Notes: generated from the sequence alone by a model not told the origin. Shown: positions 17,324 through 27,422, numbered from the stretch's first letter. The stretch is 64,000 nt of DNA from a candidate division WOR-3 bacterium (GCA_965649295.1 CBFGKH010000004.1:86158-150157); one strand, 5' to 3'. Made by a program: numbers and translations.

Positions 17324-19792
17324 CTAAAGCACTGTTGACCAGCCGGCGTGGGCCTTGTACCGGTCAAGCAGCTCGGCCCGTTTGCCAGCGTTCCAGCCGG
17401 ACACCCGCGAGAAGTAGCCAGTGACGCGCGTGATGAAATCAACTTCCGACGAGCCACAGTAGTGGCAAACCTCAACAAGGCCGCGGCTGGTCCGACCGCA
17501 CTTAGTGCACGTCGTAAACTCCGGCGAGAATGCAACCTGGACATTACGGGTGTGCCGGAAGGTCTTCACGACGAAGTTGGCGATTGCTTCCTTCGGTGGC
17601 CGCGAATCAGCAAGCCAAACATGAGTCAGGGCCCCGGCCTCAATCATGTCGTGGAACTTGCCCTCACGATAGACTCGTTCGATTGGGTCAATCGGATGAC
17701 TGACGTTGAGATAGGTCGAGTTCGTGTAGTAGGCCGATTCGTCCTCGATACTACCTTTGACAACCTGCCGTGCCTGGTCACCATAGTAGTCCAGGTCGAG
17801 CTTGGCCAGCCGGTAGGCGGTTGACTCAGCCGGCGTCTGCTCGATTACGAGCCGCAGCCCGGTCTCCTGAGACAGCCGGCGGCATTCGAGATTGAGAAAA
17901 GCAAGGACCTTCAGCCCGAATCGGAACGCAGCCTCACTCTCGTGCAGTTCCTGACCAAGATGATACTGTACCAGCTCGTTCAGACCGAGCACACCGATGA
18001 GATAGGTGCAGCGCCCCAGCCGCAGATATGGCTCACCGTCACGCTCCATTGTTAGTAGAGCCAGTGGCCCTTCCTGCCCCAAGGCCAGCAATCGCTCAAG
18101 AAACGCCCGCTTCTGAACGTGCGCCCGGACCGCAAGCTCCAAGTCCCGACGCAACCTCGCAAACAGCTCAGCATCGTCGTGGTTTGCAACGTAGGCAGCC
18201 CGCGGCAGGTTGAGGGTGACGTTCTGCAGGGCTGAGTAGCGCATCTTCCAAGGCGTCCGTGCATCAGCCAGGTCTGAACGGTCGAGCTTGAAGCTCAACC
18301 GGCAGCACTCGCTAATCTTGGCGGTATCGCCCCGGTCAAAGACGAAGTAGGTATTACCCTTCTCTGCGGCAACGTCGCAGGCCTGATACAGAAAGTCCTG
18401 CCAGCCTTCGGTCTGGAAGAACCGCTCGGTCAGATGGAGCAGCGGCTTGGGGAAAAAGAACGGCCGTCCCGAAGCATCGCCCTCGCGGTACACATCGAAT
18501 ATCGCCCGCAAGAACCGCTGGGCCTCGGGCAGGTAGTCGCGATACTTCTTCCCGGTGTACTGGCCGCCCGGACCAATGGCATCAACGTCCTCGAAATGCT
18601 GGGGGATCTCCCAGTAGAGATTGATGTCAGAGAAAATCGCCTGCCCGCCGCGAGCCACGTTCTGCTGCGAATACTCAAACACCAGCATCTGCGCAAGCTG
18701 CCGCACATCACGGTCGGAAAGACCGACCAGGAATGGTGCGAAGAAGATGTTGACGGCGTCCCAGCCAATTGCCCCGGCAAAGTGCCCTTGGAGAGCCGCT
18801 GAGAACTTAACCATATGGGCAAGCAGTGTCTCCGGATGCTTGGCCGGTACTGCCATCGAGAGCGCGTTCGGCAACGACAAGCCAAACTTCTTGACATACT
18901 CCAACGACTGTCCCGAACAGTACGGCCGGTTCACAAACCCAAGGTCGTGCAGATGAATGTCGCCTGAAGTATGGGCATCGGCAATGTCCGGGTCAAAGAC
19001 CGATGTCAGCGCAAACTGCTTCAGGGTCCACTCCGCAATCGTCATGTTTGTCGCTTCGGGATTGTGCGGCACGTTCGCGTTCTCTTTGTTCTTGAAGAGC
19101 ATTATCCGTTCGACATCATAAGCCGGCACTCCCAACCGAGTATGACGCCGATAGTGCTCCTCCAGCCCGCGCTCAACCAGTTTGGCGTTGACCAGTTCGC
19201 GCACCAGACTCGAAGTGATGTGCTTGATACTGGAGTTGAAGATTGTATCCTCAACCTCGGCCGCAATCTTCTCCGCCTCGGACCGCTCGAGGTCGGTCTC
19301 CCGCACCAGAGCGCTGATTATCCGATTCCGGTCCCACTGAAGTATTGCGTCATCGGTAGTGCGGACAAATAGGGCAAAGTCAGTGGCCTCATGCTTGCCG
19401 GCAAGCACCTGTTTGATACCGTCCTTCGTGGCCTTGCGCCGCAGTCGGCTGCGCTGTTCACGATAGAGAATGAACGCCTTGGCGGTGCGAGCATGGCCTC
19501 GCTCGATTAGCACCTTCTCCACCGCATCCTGGATTTCTTCAACCTTGGGAATGTGGTCACCGCGCTTTGCACGCAGATACCGACAGACTTCCTGCGCCAA
19601 CTGCGCAGCCAAGGCCCGGTCTTCACCGCCGACTGCCCTTGCCGCCTTGAATATTGCGGTCGTTATCTTGTTGATGTCAAAAGGCACGAACTCTCCATTC
19701 CGCTTCTCGACCTGCCGGAATGGCCCAGTCCCGAGGTCCACTTCCTCGGAACTCTTGCCCTGCACCTGACCAGTATTAGGTCCCGGCACCAA
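17324..19792 (-). CDS. nrdD: anaerobic (class III) ribonucleoside-triphosphate reductase with two ATP-cones
   Basis: VEKRNG..FD..KI ATP-cone, HLHDL, PYCSG, ECCRL, EQTPAESTAYR, YYTNS, CxxC..CxxC and RVTGYF glycyl-radical loop. Confidence 0.96.
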   Translation of the reverse strand: MVPGPNTGQVQGKSSEEVDLGTGPFRQVEKRNGEFVPFDINKITTAIFKAARAVGGEDRALAAQLAQEVCRYLRAKRGDHIPKVEEIQDAVEKVLIERGHARTAKAFILYREQRSRLRRKATKDGIKQVLAGKHEATDFALFVRTTDDAILQWDRNRIISALVRETDLERSEAEKIAAEVEDTIFNSSIKHITSSLVRELVNAKLVERGLEEHYRRHTRLGVPAYDVERIMLFKNKENANVPHNPEATNMTIAEWTLKQFALTSVFDPDIADAHTSGDIHLHDLGFVNRPYCSGQSLEYVKKFGLSLPNALSMAVPAKHPETLLAHMVKFSAALQGHFAGAIGWDAVNIFFAPFLVGLSDRDVRQLAQMLVFEYSQQNVARGGQAIFSDINLYWEIPQHFEDVDAIGPGGQYTGKKYRDYLPEAQRFLRAIFDVYREGDASGRPFFFPKPLLHLTERFFQTEGWQDFLYQACDVAAEKGNTYFVFDRGDTAKISECCRLSFKLDRSDLADARTPWKMRYSALQNVTLNLPRAAYVANHDDAELFARLRRDLELAVRAHVQKRAFLERLLALGQEGPLALLTMERDGEPYLRLGRCTYLIGVLGLNELVQYHLGQELHESEAAFRFGLKVLAFLNLECRRLSQETGLRLVIEQTPAESTAYRLAKLDLDYYGDQARQVVKGSIEDESAYYTNSTYLNVSHPIDPIERVYREGKFHDMIEAGALTHVWLADSRPPKEAIANFVVKTFRHTRNVQVAFSPEFTTCTKCGRTSRGLVEVCHYCGSSEVDFITRVTGYFSRVSGWNAGKRAELLDRYKAHAGWSTVL

Positions 19793-20246
19793 AGCCCCCT
19801 TTCGAAAGATTCTTCAGTTCCTCAACAAACTGCTCTGCGGTCTCGAACTTGCGATAGACCGACGCAAACCGAACGTAGGCAACCGGGTCCAGTACTCGAA
19901 GCTGAGCCAGCACCATCTCTCCCAGCTCGGCCGCTGATACCTCAACACGGTATTCCTCACCTAGCTTGGCTTCAACAGCATCAACCAGCCGCTCGATCGC
20001 CTCACGGCTGACCGGCCGCTTACGGCAGGCCAGAATCACCCCACGCATCAGCTTGTCACGGTCATATGGCTCCCGGCTACCATCCCGCTTGACGACCATC
20101 AGCGATGCCCGCTCAACCGACTCATAAGTCGTGTATCGGTTGCCACATTTCGAGCACTCCCTGCGTCGCCGAACAGCCGAACCATCTCGCGCCGGTCGCG
20201 AGTCGAGAACCCTATCATCTTCGTTACCGCAGAAAGGACACTTCAT
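19776..20246 (-). CDS. nrdR: transcriptional repressor NrdR
   Basis: MKCPFCG..DSR..RRRRECSKCG.RYTTYE and VAYVRFASVY. Confidence 0.98.
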   Translation of the reverse strand: MKCPFCGNEDDRVLDSRPARDGSAVRRRRECSKCGNRYTTYESVERASLMVVKRDGSREPYDRDKLMRGVILACRKRPVSREAIERLVDAVEAKLGEEYRVEVSAAELGEMVLAQLRVLDPVAYVRFASVYRKFETAEQFVEELKNLSKGGFGAGT

Positions 20247-20287
20247 CTAGTAGCTGGGCATCATACACCGCTATGAGTAGTAGTCAA
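20238..20287 (-). promoter_or_regulatory. nrdR-nrdD promoter overlapped by two candidate NrdR boxes
   Basis: Minus-strand TTGACT-16-TATGAT at 20287-20260. ACACTTCATCTAGTAG (20238-20253) and CCGCTATGAGTAGTAG (20268-20283) resemble acaCwAtATaTwGtg and lie 30 bp apart. Confidence 0.65.
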
Positions 20288-20415
20288 TATCAGCCTATCG
20301 TATCCCATTGATTTTATAATTGTTTGACAATATGAATCTTATTCGCCATCAGAATCGTATCGGTAGTTATGATATCTGTCCGCATCGAAATCGCCCCAAT
20401 GACCGGTTCCGAGAT

Positions 20416-20436
20416 TTATCCACAACCTTATCCACA
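20416..20436 (+). promoter_or_regulatory. tandem perfect DnaA boxes
   Basis: TTATCCACA at 20416-20424 and 20428-20436, next to an AT-rich tract (about 20305-20380). Confidence 0.8.
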
Positions 20437-20442
20437 GGTATG

Positions 20443-21405
20443 TCAACCTAATGTCAAGCTGCGACTAACGTGATCATAACCGTGGGCAACGAGTGGCTTG
20501 ACGCCTTCTTCGCTCAGGACAAACACACCCCGACCTCTCAGAATCTTGCCTATCGGTGTGACTTCTACGCCGGTTACCATTGCTGGCAGGCGGTGGCGCG
20601 AAGTAAACAGCAACTCGTAATCTTCACCCGCGGCCAGCGCAAAGCTGGTCAGGTCCTGTTGTCGTTCCTGACAGAACCGTCTTGTCGCTGGTGCTATCGG
20701 TAAGTGGGCCAGGTCGATATCAATTCGCACTCTGCTCAGTCTAGCCAGATGACGAACATCAGTGGCAAGGCCATCAGAAGTGTCAATCATCGCCCCAAGC
20801 TTCCCGCCTAACGCCCGCGCAACTCCCAGTCGTGGTAACGGACACAGATGCCTCCTTATCAACGGTGCGGCCCAATACGGCGGCTTGCCACCAAGAAGTA
20901 ACATCCTGCCAGCTTCGGCCGCGCCGAGGCTGCCAGTAACATAGAGGGTCTCACCGGGCTTGGCGGCCGACCGCAACAACGGCCTCCTGGTTCTTCCAAC
21001 AGCAGTCAGCGCCAGGGCCAGTCGGTCAGCAACGATGATATCACCACCAGCCACCTCGCATCCCATCGCAGTACAGACCCGTTCGATGCCAGTGTACAAC
21101 GCCCGCACATGGGTGCGTCCGGCTTCTCTCGGTAACGTCAACGCCACCAGTAGAATCGTTGGCCTGGCCCCCATTGCTACAACGTCAGATATTGCTGCAC
21201 AGGTGCAACGCTCACCGATCTGTTGCCAGCTCATATACTCTCGACTGAAGTGCACATCGTCCGCGTAGACGTCGGTCGTCATAACCAGCCCACCCGGCAG
21301 GACACATGCATCATCGCCAATCCCAACCAGTACGCTGCCACGCCGCCGTGTCGTTCGCTGAATCAGTTCGATAAGTTGTTGTTCGCCGTATTGCTGCTTG
21401 CGCAT
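20443..21405 (-). CDS. thiL: thiamine-monophosphate kinase
   Basis: GIGDDAC, SDVVAMG, GGD, DTSDGLATD and GEDYELLF. Confidence 0.95.
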   Translation of the reverse strand: MRKQQYGEQQLIELIQRTTRRRGSVLVGIGDDACVLPGGLVMTTDVYADDVHFSREYMSWQQIGERCTCAAISDVVAMGARPTILLVALTLPREAGRTHVRALYTGIERVCTAMGCEVAGGDIIVADRLALALTAVGRTRRPLLRSAAKPGETLYVTGSLGAAEAGRMLLLGGKPPYWAAPLIRRHLCPLPRLGVARALGGKLGAMIDTSDGLATDVRHLARLSRVRIDIDLAHLPIAPATRRFCQERQQDLTSFALAAGEDYELLFTSRHRLPAMVTGVEVTPIGKILRGRGVFVLSEEGVKPLVAHGYDHVSRSLTLG

Positions 21406-21449
21406 TGGCCATCATACCGCTCCGGCTTCTCGCTGGCAATACCTGTCGC

Positions 21450-21477
21450 TTGACGAAGAATGCAGCAATCCTACAAT
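21450..21477 (+). promoter_or_regulatory. sigma70-like leaderless promoter
   Basis: TTGACG-16-TACAAT, 5 nt before GTG 21483. Confidence 0.65.
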
Positions 21478-21482
21478 GGCGT

Positions 21483-24398
21483 GTGTCTAGGCGTGGGAAT
21501 GCGGTCTGCTTGCTGTTAGTCGCAACAGCACTTGCTCTGGCCGACGCCAAGCAGCCAGCTCTTCAGAGCCCAGCAGCCCCGCTGTCACCCTACCCCGACA
21601 CGGTCATCGCGACAATCGCCGTCGGCGGCGACCCAACCAGCGCTGTTAGCCTTCCCAGTGGTGATTTTCTCTACGTCGGCAACGAGACAGACAATCGGGT
21701 AACAGTTGTTCGACTTGCCGATCGAACAGTAATCGCTCGCATCAGTTGTGGAACTGCACCGTGGGAGGTGTGCTGCAAGCCAGACGGCTCAGCCGTCTAT
21801 GTTTCGAACCTGAATAGCGCAAGCGTGTCAGTCATCAGAACCGCCGACAACCGAGTGATTGCAACCGTACCTGTCGGCTACGGCCCTTGTCTGGCAGATG
21901 TAACTCCGGATGGTAGTTTCCTCTATGTAACCAATAGCACTAGTAACACCGTGTCCGTGATCAGAACCGACAACAATCAGGTTATCGCCACAGTCCCGGT
22001 CGGCAGCAACCCAAGAAGCATAACCTGTCTGCCAGAGGGCGACTACGTGTATGTCGGCAACCGCCAGAGCAACGACGTCTCGGTCATTCGCACGTCGGAC
22101 AACACCGTGGTGTTGACAATACCGGTCAACGGCGGGGCTCATCGATTGCGGGCGACTCAAGATGGCCGCTATGTCTACGTGTCGCTCTACGGCCAGAATC
22201 GTTTGGACGTCATCAGCACTGCCAGCAACTCTGTCATTGGCAGCATCACCTTACCCGGCACCGGAGTCAGCATTTGTATGTTAACTGGCATCCCCTACGC
22301 AATGGTCTGCTGCCCGAACGCAAACCAAGTCGCGGCCATCAACACAGCTGACCATACCATCGTTGGGATTATACAAACCGGCTTAGCTCCATGGGGAATC
22401 ACGGCTGATACCGCGTGCCGGTATGTTTATACTGCCAGCCGCCATAGTCAAGACGTAACGGTTATCGCTCGCCGTGAGCTCCATGATGCAAGCACGTGCC
22501 AGGTCCTGGCACCTAGGGCCACGGTGATTGCCGGCTCAACAATCACCCCCAAGGCGGTCATCGTCAACCGCGGAGCAACCAGCGAGACCGTACCCGTGAC
22601 CATGGGCATCGGTTCAACGTATCATCACACGGTCACCCGTACGCTGCTGCCCGGTGCAACTGACACGGTCTTGTTTCCTACCTGGACTGCCGCACCGGTA
22701 GGTACCCTGCCAGTGACCTGCTTCACGAGCCTTGCTGGTGACATGAGTCCAGCCAACGATACCATTCGCGATTCAGTGACAGTGGTAACGACATTGCCGC
22801 TTGACGTTGCGGTTGACACAATTCTCCTACCGCCAGCCAGAGTGGACTCCGGTAGCCAACTCGCACCTAAAGCAGTTGTAACCAACCTCGGCGAACTGGC
22901 TGCCGTCTTTCCAGTAACTATGCGAATCGGAGACGACTATGCCTGGTGGGTTAGTGAAACCCTTGCTGCCGGCGCCAGGGACACAGTTCTATTCCCGACC
23001 TGGACTGCCACCCGCGTTGGCACATTTCCGATAGTCTGCTATACCTCACTTGTCGGCGATCAGAACCGCACCAATGACACTCTGCAAAGCGCTGTTATCG
23101 TCGAAACCAGCCCAGTGATTGATGTCGGCATCACCACCATCCTTGCGCCTGACTCAGTGGTCCAAGAGAGCGCAATAGTAGTTCCCAAGGCTATAGTCAG
23201 GAACTATGGCACACAATCGGCGGCCTTTCCAATCAGCTTTACTATCGGCTCGGAGTACGCCGCGGCCATCAACGAAACACTTGCTGCCGGCGGTACCGAT
23301 ACTGTTACCTTTCCGGTCTGGAGACCGGCCACTATCGGCGCTCTGGCTCTCGCCTGCTATTCTGCACTCACAGGTGATCAGAATCCCACGAATGATACCG
23401 CCGCCGGTTCAGTCCGGGTCTTGGCCATGCCCCGGCACGATGTTGGGCCTGATTCATTGCTCTGGCCCAGCCTTGTCCGGCCTGGCGATACCGTCATTCC
23501 GCGTGTCCGTATCAGAAACTGGGGCAATCAACCCGAGCGCTACTTCGACGTCACCTGTCGTATCGGCCTCGACTACCAAAGCACGAGAATTGTTCAAACT
23601 GTGCTACCCGCTGCTGGCACGGTCACTCAGGATTTCGAGCCCTGGATTGCCCGGCCAGGAACCCAGGCAGTGACAGCTATCACACTGCTCACCAATGACA
23701 ATAACCCCAGCAATGACACTCTGGTCTGCTCGGTGCCAGTTCAGAACCAACCTCAACTGCAGGTCGAACCGAACCAATCTGACAGGATTCCCCCTGGCAC
23801 CAGCCGTACCTACTGGTTCTGGGCAATGCTGGCAGGCGACTACGGTGACACTGTTGAACTAGTCCGCCCCAGTGTACCAGCTGGCTGGTCTCTAGCGCTT
23901 TACGACTCAACCGGCACGCAACCCATCTCATCCCTCGGCTTTGTCCTACCCGGTCGCAAAACCTGGTTTGCTGCGACGGTCCAGCCTCCTAACGATCTTG
24001 GTGGCGAGACCAGCGGCCTTGGAACCATTCAGGTCACAATCATCGGCCGTCTTCGGCGCGCACCAACAGTCAAGGACAGTGTGATCCTTGCTCTCACCCT
24101 CACTCCTCAACTCAGCGTCCACAATTTCCCCAACCCTTTCTGCTCCCAGACCACCTTTGTCATCGGCCTGCCCCAACCGGGCAGGCTAAGTCTCACCATT
24201 CATAACCGAACGGGCGAGACTATTGCCCGGCTCCTGGACAATGAACCAACCCTGGCCGGCATCCGTCGTCTCGACTGGCAACCGATCAACTCCTTGGGCC
24301 AGCGGTTGGCACCCGGCACCTACGATTACGTTCTCGATTACCGACACGACGGCATTACCCAACGGGTACGCCGCAAACTGGTCGTGACTAGCGAGTAA
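21483..24398 (+). CDS. secreted YVTN beta-propeller / CARDB-repeat surface protein with FlgD/T9SS-like C-terminal domain
   Basis: Signal peptide, about 7 YVTN repeats (LYVTNSTSNTVSVI), 4 CARDB-like repeats (P.A.V.N.G...D.N..NDT) and CTD HNFPNPF...LAPGTY...KLVV. Start moved from 21405. Confidence 0.85.
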   Translation: MSRRGNAVCLLLVATALALADAKQPALQSPAAPLSPYPDTVIATIAVGGDPTSAVSLPSGDFLYVGNETDNRVTVVRLADRTVIARISCGTAPWEVCCKPDGSAVYVSNLNSASVSVIRTADNRVIATVPVGYGPCLADVTPDGSFLYVTNSTSNTVSVIRTDNNQVIATVPVGSNPRSITCLPEGDYVYVGNRQSNDVSVIRTSDNTVVLTIPVNGGAHRLRATQDGRYVYVSLYGQNRLDVISTASNSVIGSITLPGTGVSICMLTGIPYAMVCCPNANQVAAINTADHTIVGIIQTGLAPWGITADTACRYVYTASRHSQDVTVIARRELHDASTCQVLAPRATVIAGSTITPKAVIVNRGATSETVPVTMGIGSTYHHTVTRTLLPGATDTVLFPTWTAAPVGTLPVTCFTSLAGDMSPANDTIRDSVTVVTTLPLDVAVDTILLPPARVDSGSQLAPKAVVTNLGELAAVFPVTMRIGDDYAWWVSETLAAGARDTVLFPTWTATRVGTFPIVCYTSLVGDQNRTNDTLQSAVIVETSPVIDVGITTILAPDSVVQESAIVVPKAIVRNYGTQSAAFPISFTIGSEYAAAINETLAAGGTDTVTFPVWRPATIGALALACYSALTGDQNPTNDTAAGSVRVLAMPRHDVGPDSLLWPSLVRPGDTVIPRVRIRNWGNQPERYFDVTCRIGLDYQSTRIVQTVLPAAGTVTQDFEPWIARPGTQAVTAITLLTNDNNPSNDTLVCSVPVQNQPQLQVEPNQSDRIPPGTSRTYWFWAMLAGDYGDTVELVRPSVPAGWSLALYDSTGTQPISSLGFVLPGRKTWFAATVQPPNDLGGETSGLGTIQVTIIGRLRRAPTVKDSVILALTLTPQLSVHNFPNPFCSQTTFVIGLPQPGRLSLTIHNRTGETIARLLDNEPTLAGIRRLDWQPINSLGQRLAPGTYDYVLDYRHDGITQRVRRKLVVTSE

Positions 24399-24400
24399 CG

Positions 24401-26146
24401 ATGCTCATTCTAATCCTGTCAGTCCTTGCCCAGCTTGAGAACAACGCAGCGACTACTACGGTGCTACCATTCCTGCAGCTTGGCCAGGGAGCTAGGGCTG
24501 CTGCGCTCGGTGAGGCCCATGTCGCCTTGGTCGATGATGCAACTGCGTTGTATTGGAATCCAGCCGGCTTGGCCACTAGCGAGGAGTATCGCTTCGCCTT
24601 CTCCCACCAGCAATGGTTCACCGATACTCGTGACGAACTCGCTCATATGGTGGTACCAGCCGGACCAGGTGCAATCGGCATTTCTGCTGCCTACTCGGCT
24701 GAACCTGGTATCGAGCAATGGAACGAAGAGAACCGATTTGTCGGCACCTTTCAAACATGGAGTAGCCTCTTCGCGCTGGGCTATGGTATAACACTGGCAC
24801 CAGCCTACCGAATTGGTGCTGGGATCAAATTCGGCCTGCAGAACTTACTAGCTGACTGGGTTATGGCCGGCGCCTGCGATCTCGGATTCCAGGCTCGGCC
24901 TCTATCTGGCCTTGGTCTCGGAGTTAGCTGCCGCAACCTAGGCGTCGGGTGGTCATCCAGGCACGAAAAGCTGCCTACTGAGTTGGCTCTTGGAGCAGCC
25001 TACACCTGGCAAAACCTCACCGGCACTGCTGACCTCTCTCTTCGGTTCAATTCCCGACTCGCCGGCCACGCCGGCGTCGAATATCGTCCGTTCCGACCAC
25101 TTGCCCTCCGCGCCGGCTATCGTACCGGCCCAACCGATATCTCAACTCTCGGCTTCTGGAGCGGTCTGACCACCGGCTTTGGCATCAACACTGGCATCCT
25201 CGGCCTCGACTACGCAATCACGCCCTATGGCAAGCTCGGCATTGCTCATCGCCTAACCCTGGCTGCCCGTATCCGGCGCGTTGGTCGCGGCAGTCTCGTG
25301 CTCTCGATTGTTGATGCTCAGACACTTCAACCACTCACCGCCGACATTGTTCTCAGCGGTGCAATCCGGCTTGCCCGCACCGAGACGAACAAGGAACACC
25401 TCACTCAACTACCGCGTGGACGATTGATAATCAAGACCAGCCGCTCCGGCTACGCAACCCGCATTGACACGATGATGATTGCTGGTGACCGCGAACAGAC
25501 CGCAACAATCAGCCTTCGTCGCCTGGAATACGGCGGTCTAGCTGGCGCCATCCTGGCTGCCGGTACCAGTAGCCCACTAGCCGGCGACATCACCTATCGC
25601 GGCCCGGTATTTGGTAGCATTGACGCTGATCCCGACCTCGGAACGTTCGTCGTAAGAAACATCCCCAGCGGTACCTACATCGTTACTGCTACTGGCCCAA
25701 CTGCCGAGTACGTCCCTCAGACCTGCACGCTCCAGGTGCTACCTGACCAGCTTACCAGTCGCGACTTCTGGCTAGTCCGGCCGAGCCAGACAATCGTCCT
25801 TGAAGGTATCACATTCCCGACTGGCAAAGCCGACATACTGCCCCAGTTCGAGAACATCCTCAATACTGCCGGCAACGTGCTCCGGGCCAACCCAAGCATA
25901 ACCGTTGAGATTGCCGGTCATACCGACCCCCGGGAAATCAGCACTCCCCAGTTCCCATCCAACTGGGAACTTTCTCGCGCTCGAGCCGAAGCAGTCCGCC
26001 GCTATCTCATCGAGAAGTTCGGCATCGCCGCTGAACGGTTGAGCGCTAACGGTTATGCCGACACCCAGCCAGTCGCCGAGAACACCACGGAAGCAGGCAT
26101 GGCAAAGAACCGCCGTGTCGAGTTCCGCATCATAAGCTCACGATAA
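24401..26146 (+). CDS. PorV/PorQ-family barrel fused to carboxypeptidase-regulatory-like and OmpA/MotB C-terminal domains
   Basis: FLQLGQGARAAALGEA..A..DDATALYWNPAGL, LRAGY, LDYAITPYGKLGIAHR, and C-terminal IAGHTD..SNWELSRARA..GYADTQP..NRRVEF. Confidence 0.85.
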   Translation: MLILILSVLAQLENNAATTTVLPFLQLGQGARAAALGEAHVALVDDATALYWNPAGLATSEEYRFAFSHQQWFTDTRDELAHMVVPAGPGAIGISAAYSAEPGIEQWNEENRFVGTFQTWSSLFALGYGITLAPAYRIGAGIKFGLQNLLADWVMAGACDLGFQARPLSGLGLGVSCRNLGVGWSSRHEKLPTELALGAAYTWQNLTGTADLSLRFNSRLAGHAGVEYRPFRPLALRAGYRTGPTDISTLGFWSGLTTGFGINTGILGLDYAITPYGKLGIAHRLTLAARIRRVGRGSLVLSIVDAQTLQPLTADIVLSGAIRLARTETNKEHLTQLPRGRLIIKTSRSGYATRIDTMMIAGDREQTATISLRRLEYGGLAGAILAAGTSSPLAGDITYRGPVFGSIDADPDLGTFVVRNIPSGTYIVTATGPTAEYVPQTCTLQVLPDQLTSRDFWLVRPSQTIVLEGITFPTGKADILPQFENILNTAGNVLRANPSITVEIAGHTDPREISTPQFPSNWELSRARAEAVRRYLIEKFGIAAERLSANGYADTQPVAENTTEAGMAKNRRVEFRIISSR

Positions 26147-26281
26147 CTCCGCAATAGGAACTCACGAGACTGGACGGCTTCGATATTCCGCTTTCTGCCC
26201 ACACCAAGACTGCTAATGTGCTAAGGAATTGCACTGAGGCGCTCCCTTCTCGCGGTCTCCTGTTGCAACCCATCACCAGCG

Positions 26282-26309
26282 TTGACCCTCAGCAGCGACA
26301 ACCTATAAT
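26282..26309 (+). promoter_or_regulatory. sigma70 leaderless promoter of yggS
   Basis: TTGACC-16-TATAAT, 6 nt before GTG 26316. Confidence 0.7.
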
Positions 26310-26315
26310 CGGCAA

Positions 26316-27005
26316 GTGAGCATTGCCCAGAACATCGCCATAGTAGAGGAGAAAATCGAGGCTGCCTGCAATCGAGCCGGACGTTCGCAGTCGGAAGTTC
26401 TGCTGGTCGCCGTAACCAAGACCCGCTCTGCGGAAGAAATCAATGAAGCAATCCGCTGCGGTATCAAAGCAATCGGCGAGAACCGAATCCAAGAAGCTCA
26501 AGCCAAGAAGCCGTTTGTTACGGGACCGGTAGAATGGCATCTCGTCGGTAACCTTCAGACGAACAAAGTGAAGAAAGCACTCGAACTCTTCGATGTGATT
26601 CAGAGCGTTGATTCGCTACACCTAGCTCAGGCACTCGAACAACGGGCCGCTGCTGCCAACCGGACGCTGCCGGTACTCATCGAAGTCAACACCTCAGCCG
26701 AACCCTCCAAACACGGGCTGCGACCCGAGGCCCTGCCACAGTTCATTGAATCAGCTCTTGCCTTCAGCCACCTGCGCTTCGACGGCCTGATGACGATTGG
26801 CCCGGGCTGGGCAGTCGAGAATCCCGAAGCATCCCGACCCTGTTTTCGTCTGCTCCACTCGCTGGCCGCTGACTGCCGCCAACGGTTTGGGCTCGGTCTT
26901 CCCCACCTCTCAATGGGAATGTCAGCTGACTTTGAAGTCGGTATCGAAGAAGGCGCAACGATTATCCGCATCGGCACTGCCTTGTTTGGACCGCGCCTGT
27001 CCTAG
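26316..27005 (+). CDS. yggS: PLP homeostasis protein YggS
   Basis: LVAVTK, GENRIQE, LQTNKVK, GLMTI and LSMGMS.D...IEEGAT.IRIGT.LFG. Confidence 0.96.
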   Translation: MSIAQNIAIVEEKIEAACNRAGRSQSEVLLVAVTKTRSAEEINEAIRCGIKAIGENRIQEAQAKKPFVTGPVEWHLVGNLQTNKVKKALELFDVIQSVDSLHLAQALEQRAAAANRTLPVLIEVNTSAEPSKHGLRPEALPQFIESALAFSHLRFDGLMTIGPGWAVENPEASRPCFRLLHSLAADCRQRFGLGLPHLSMGMSADFEVGIEEGATIIRIGTALFGPRLS

Positions 27006-27422
27006 GTGGAAGCAGAACGTTTTGCCCAACTAGTTGACGAGGCGATTGCTGCCATCCCCGAATACTTCCGTTCCCGTCTCGACAACATTCAGATTGACAT
27101 CCAACCATTAGCAACTCGCGACGTAGCGCAGACAATCGGCAAACCAGCCTGGTCATTGCTTGGCATCTATCAGGGCATTCCTTATCCGCGGCGCAATCAC
27201 TGGTACGGCAATGTCCTGCCTGACCGGATACTCATCTTCCAACGGCCAATCGAACGACTCGCCCGCAACGAGGCCGAGATACGCGAACTGGTCCGCCGCG
27301 TCGTCATTCACGAGGTCGGCCACTACTTCGGCCTGAACGACGAGACACTGCACCGGCTGGAACAGGAGTCGCTTGCCGCGGACCATGCCCGATCTGATTC
27401 TTCCGCGAACGAACCTAGCTAA
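27006..27422 (+). CDS. zincin-like metallopeptidase family protein (Zincin_1/DUF1025)
   Basis: LLGIYQG.P, PDRI.IF..PI and VIHEVGHYFG (HExxH). Confidence 0.9.
   Translation: MEAERFAQLVDEAIAAIPEYFRSRLDNIQIDIQPLATRDVAQTIGKPAWSLLGIYQGIPYPRRNHWYGNVLPDRILIFQRPIERLARNEAEIRELVRRVVIHEVGHYFGLNDETLHRLEQESLAADHARSDSSANEPS

Noticed and set aside
21600..23740. DNA-level direct repeats
   Set aside because: Explained by YVTN and CARDB protein repeats.
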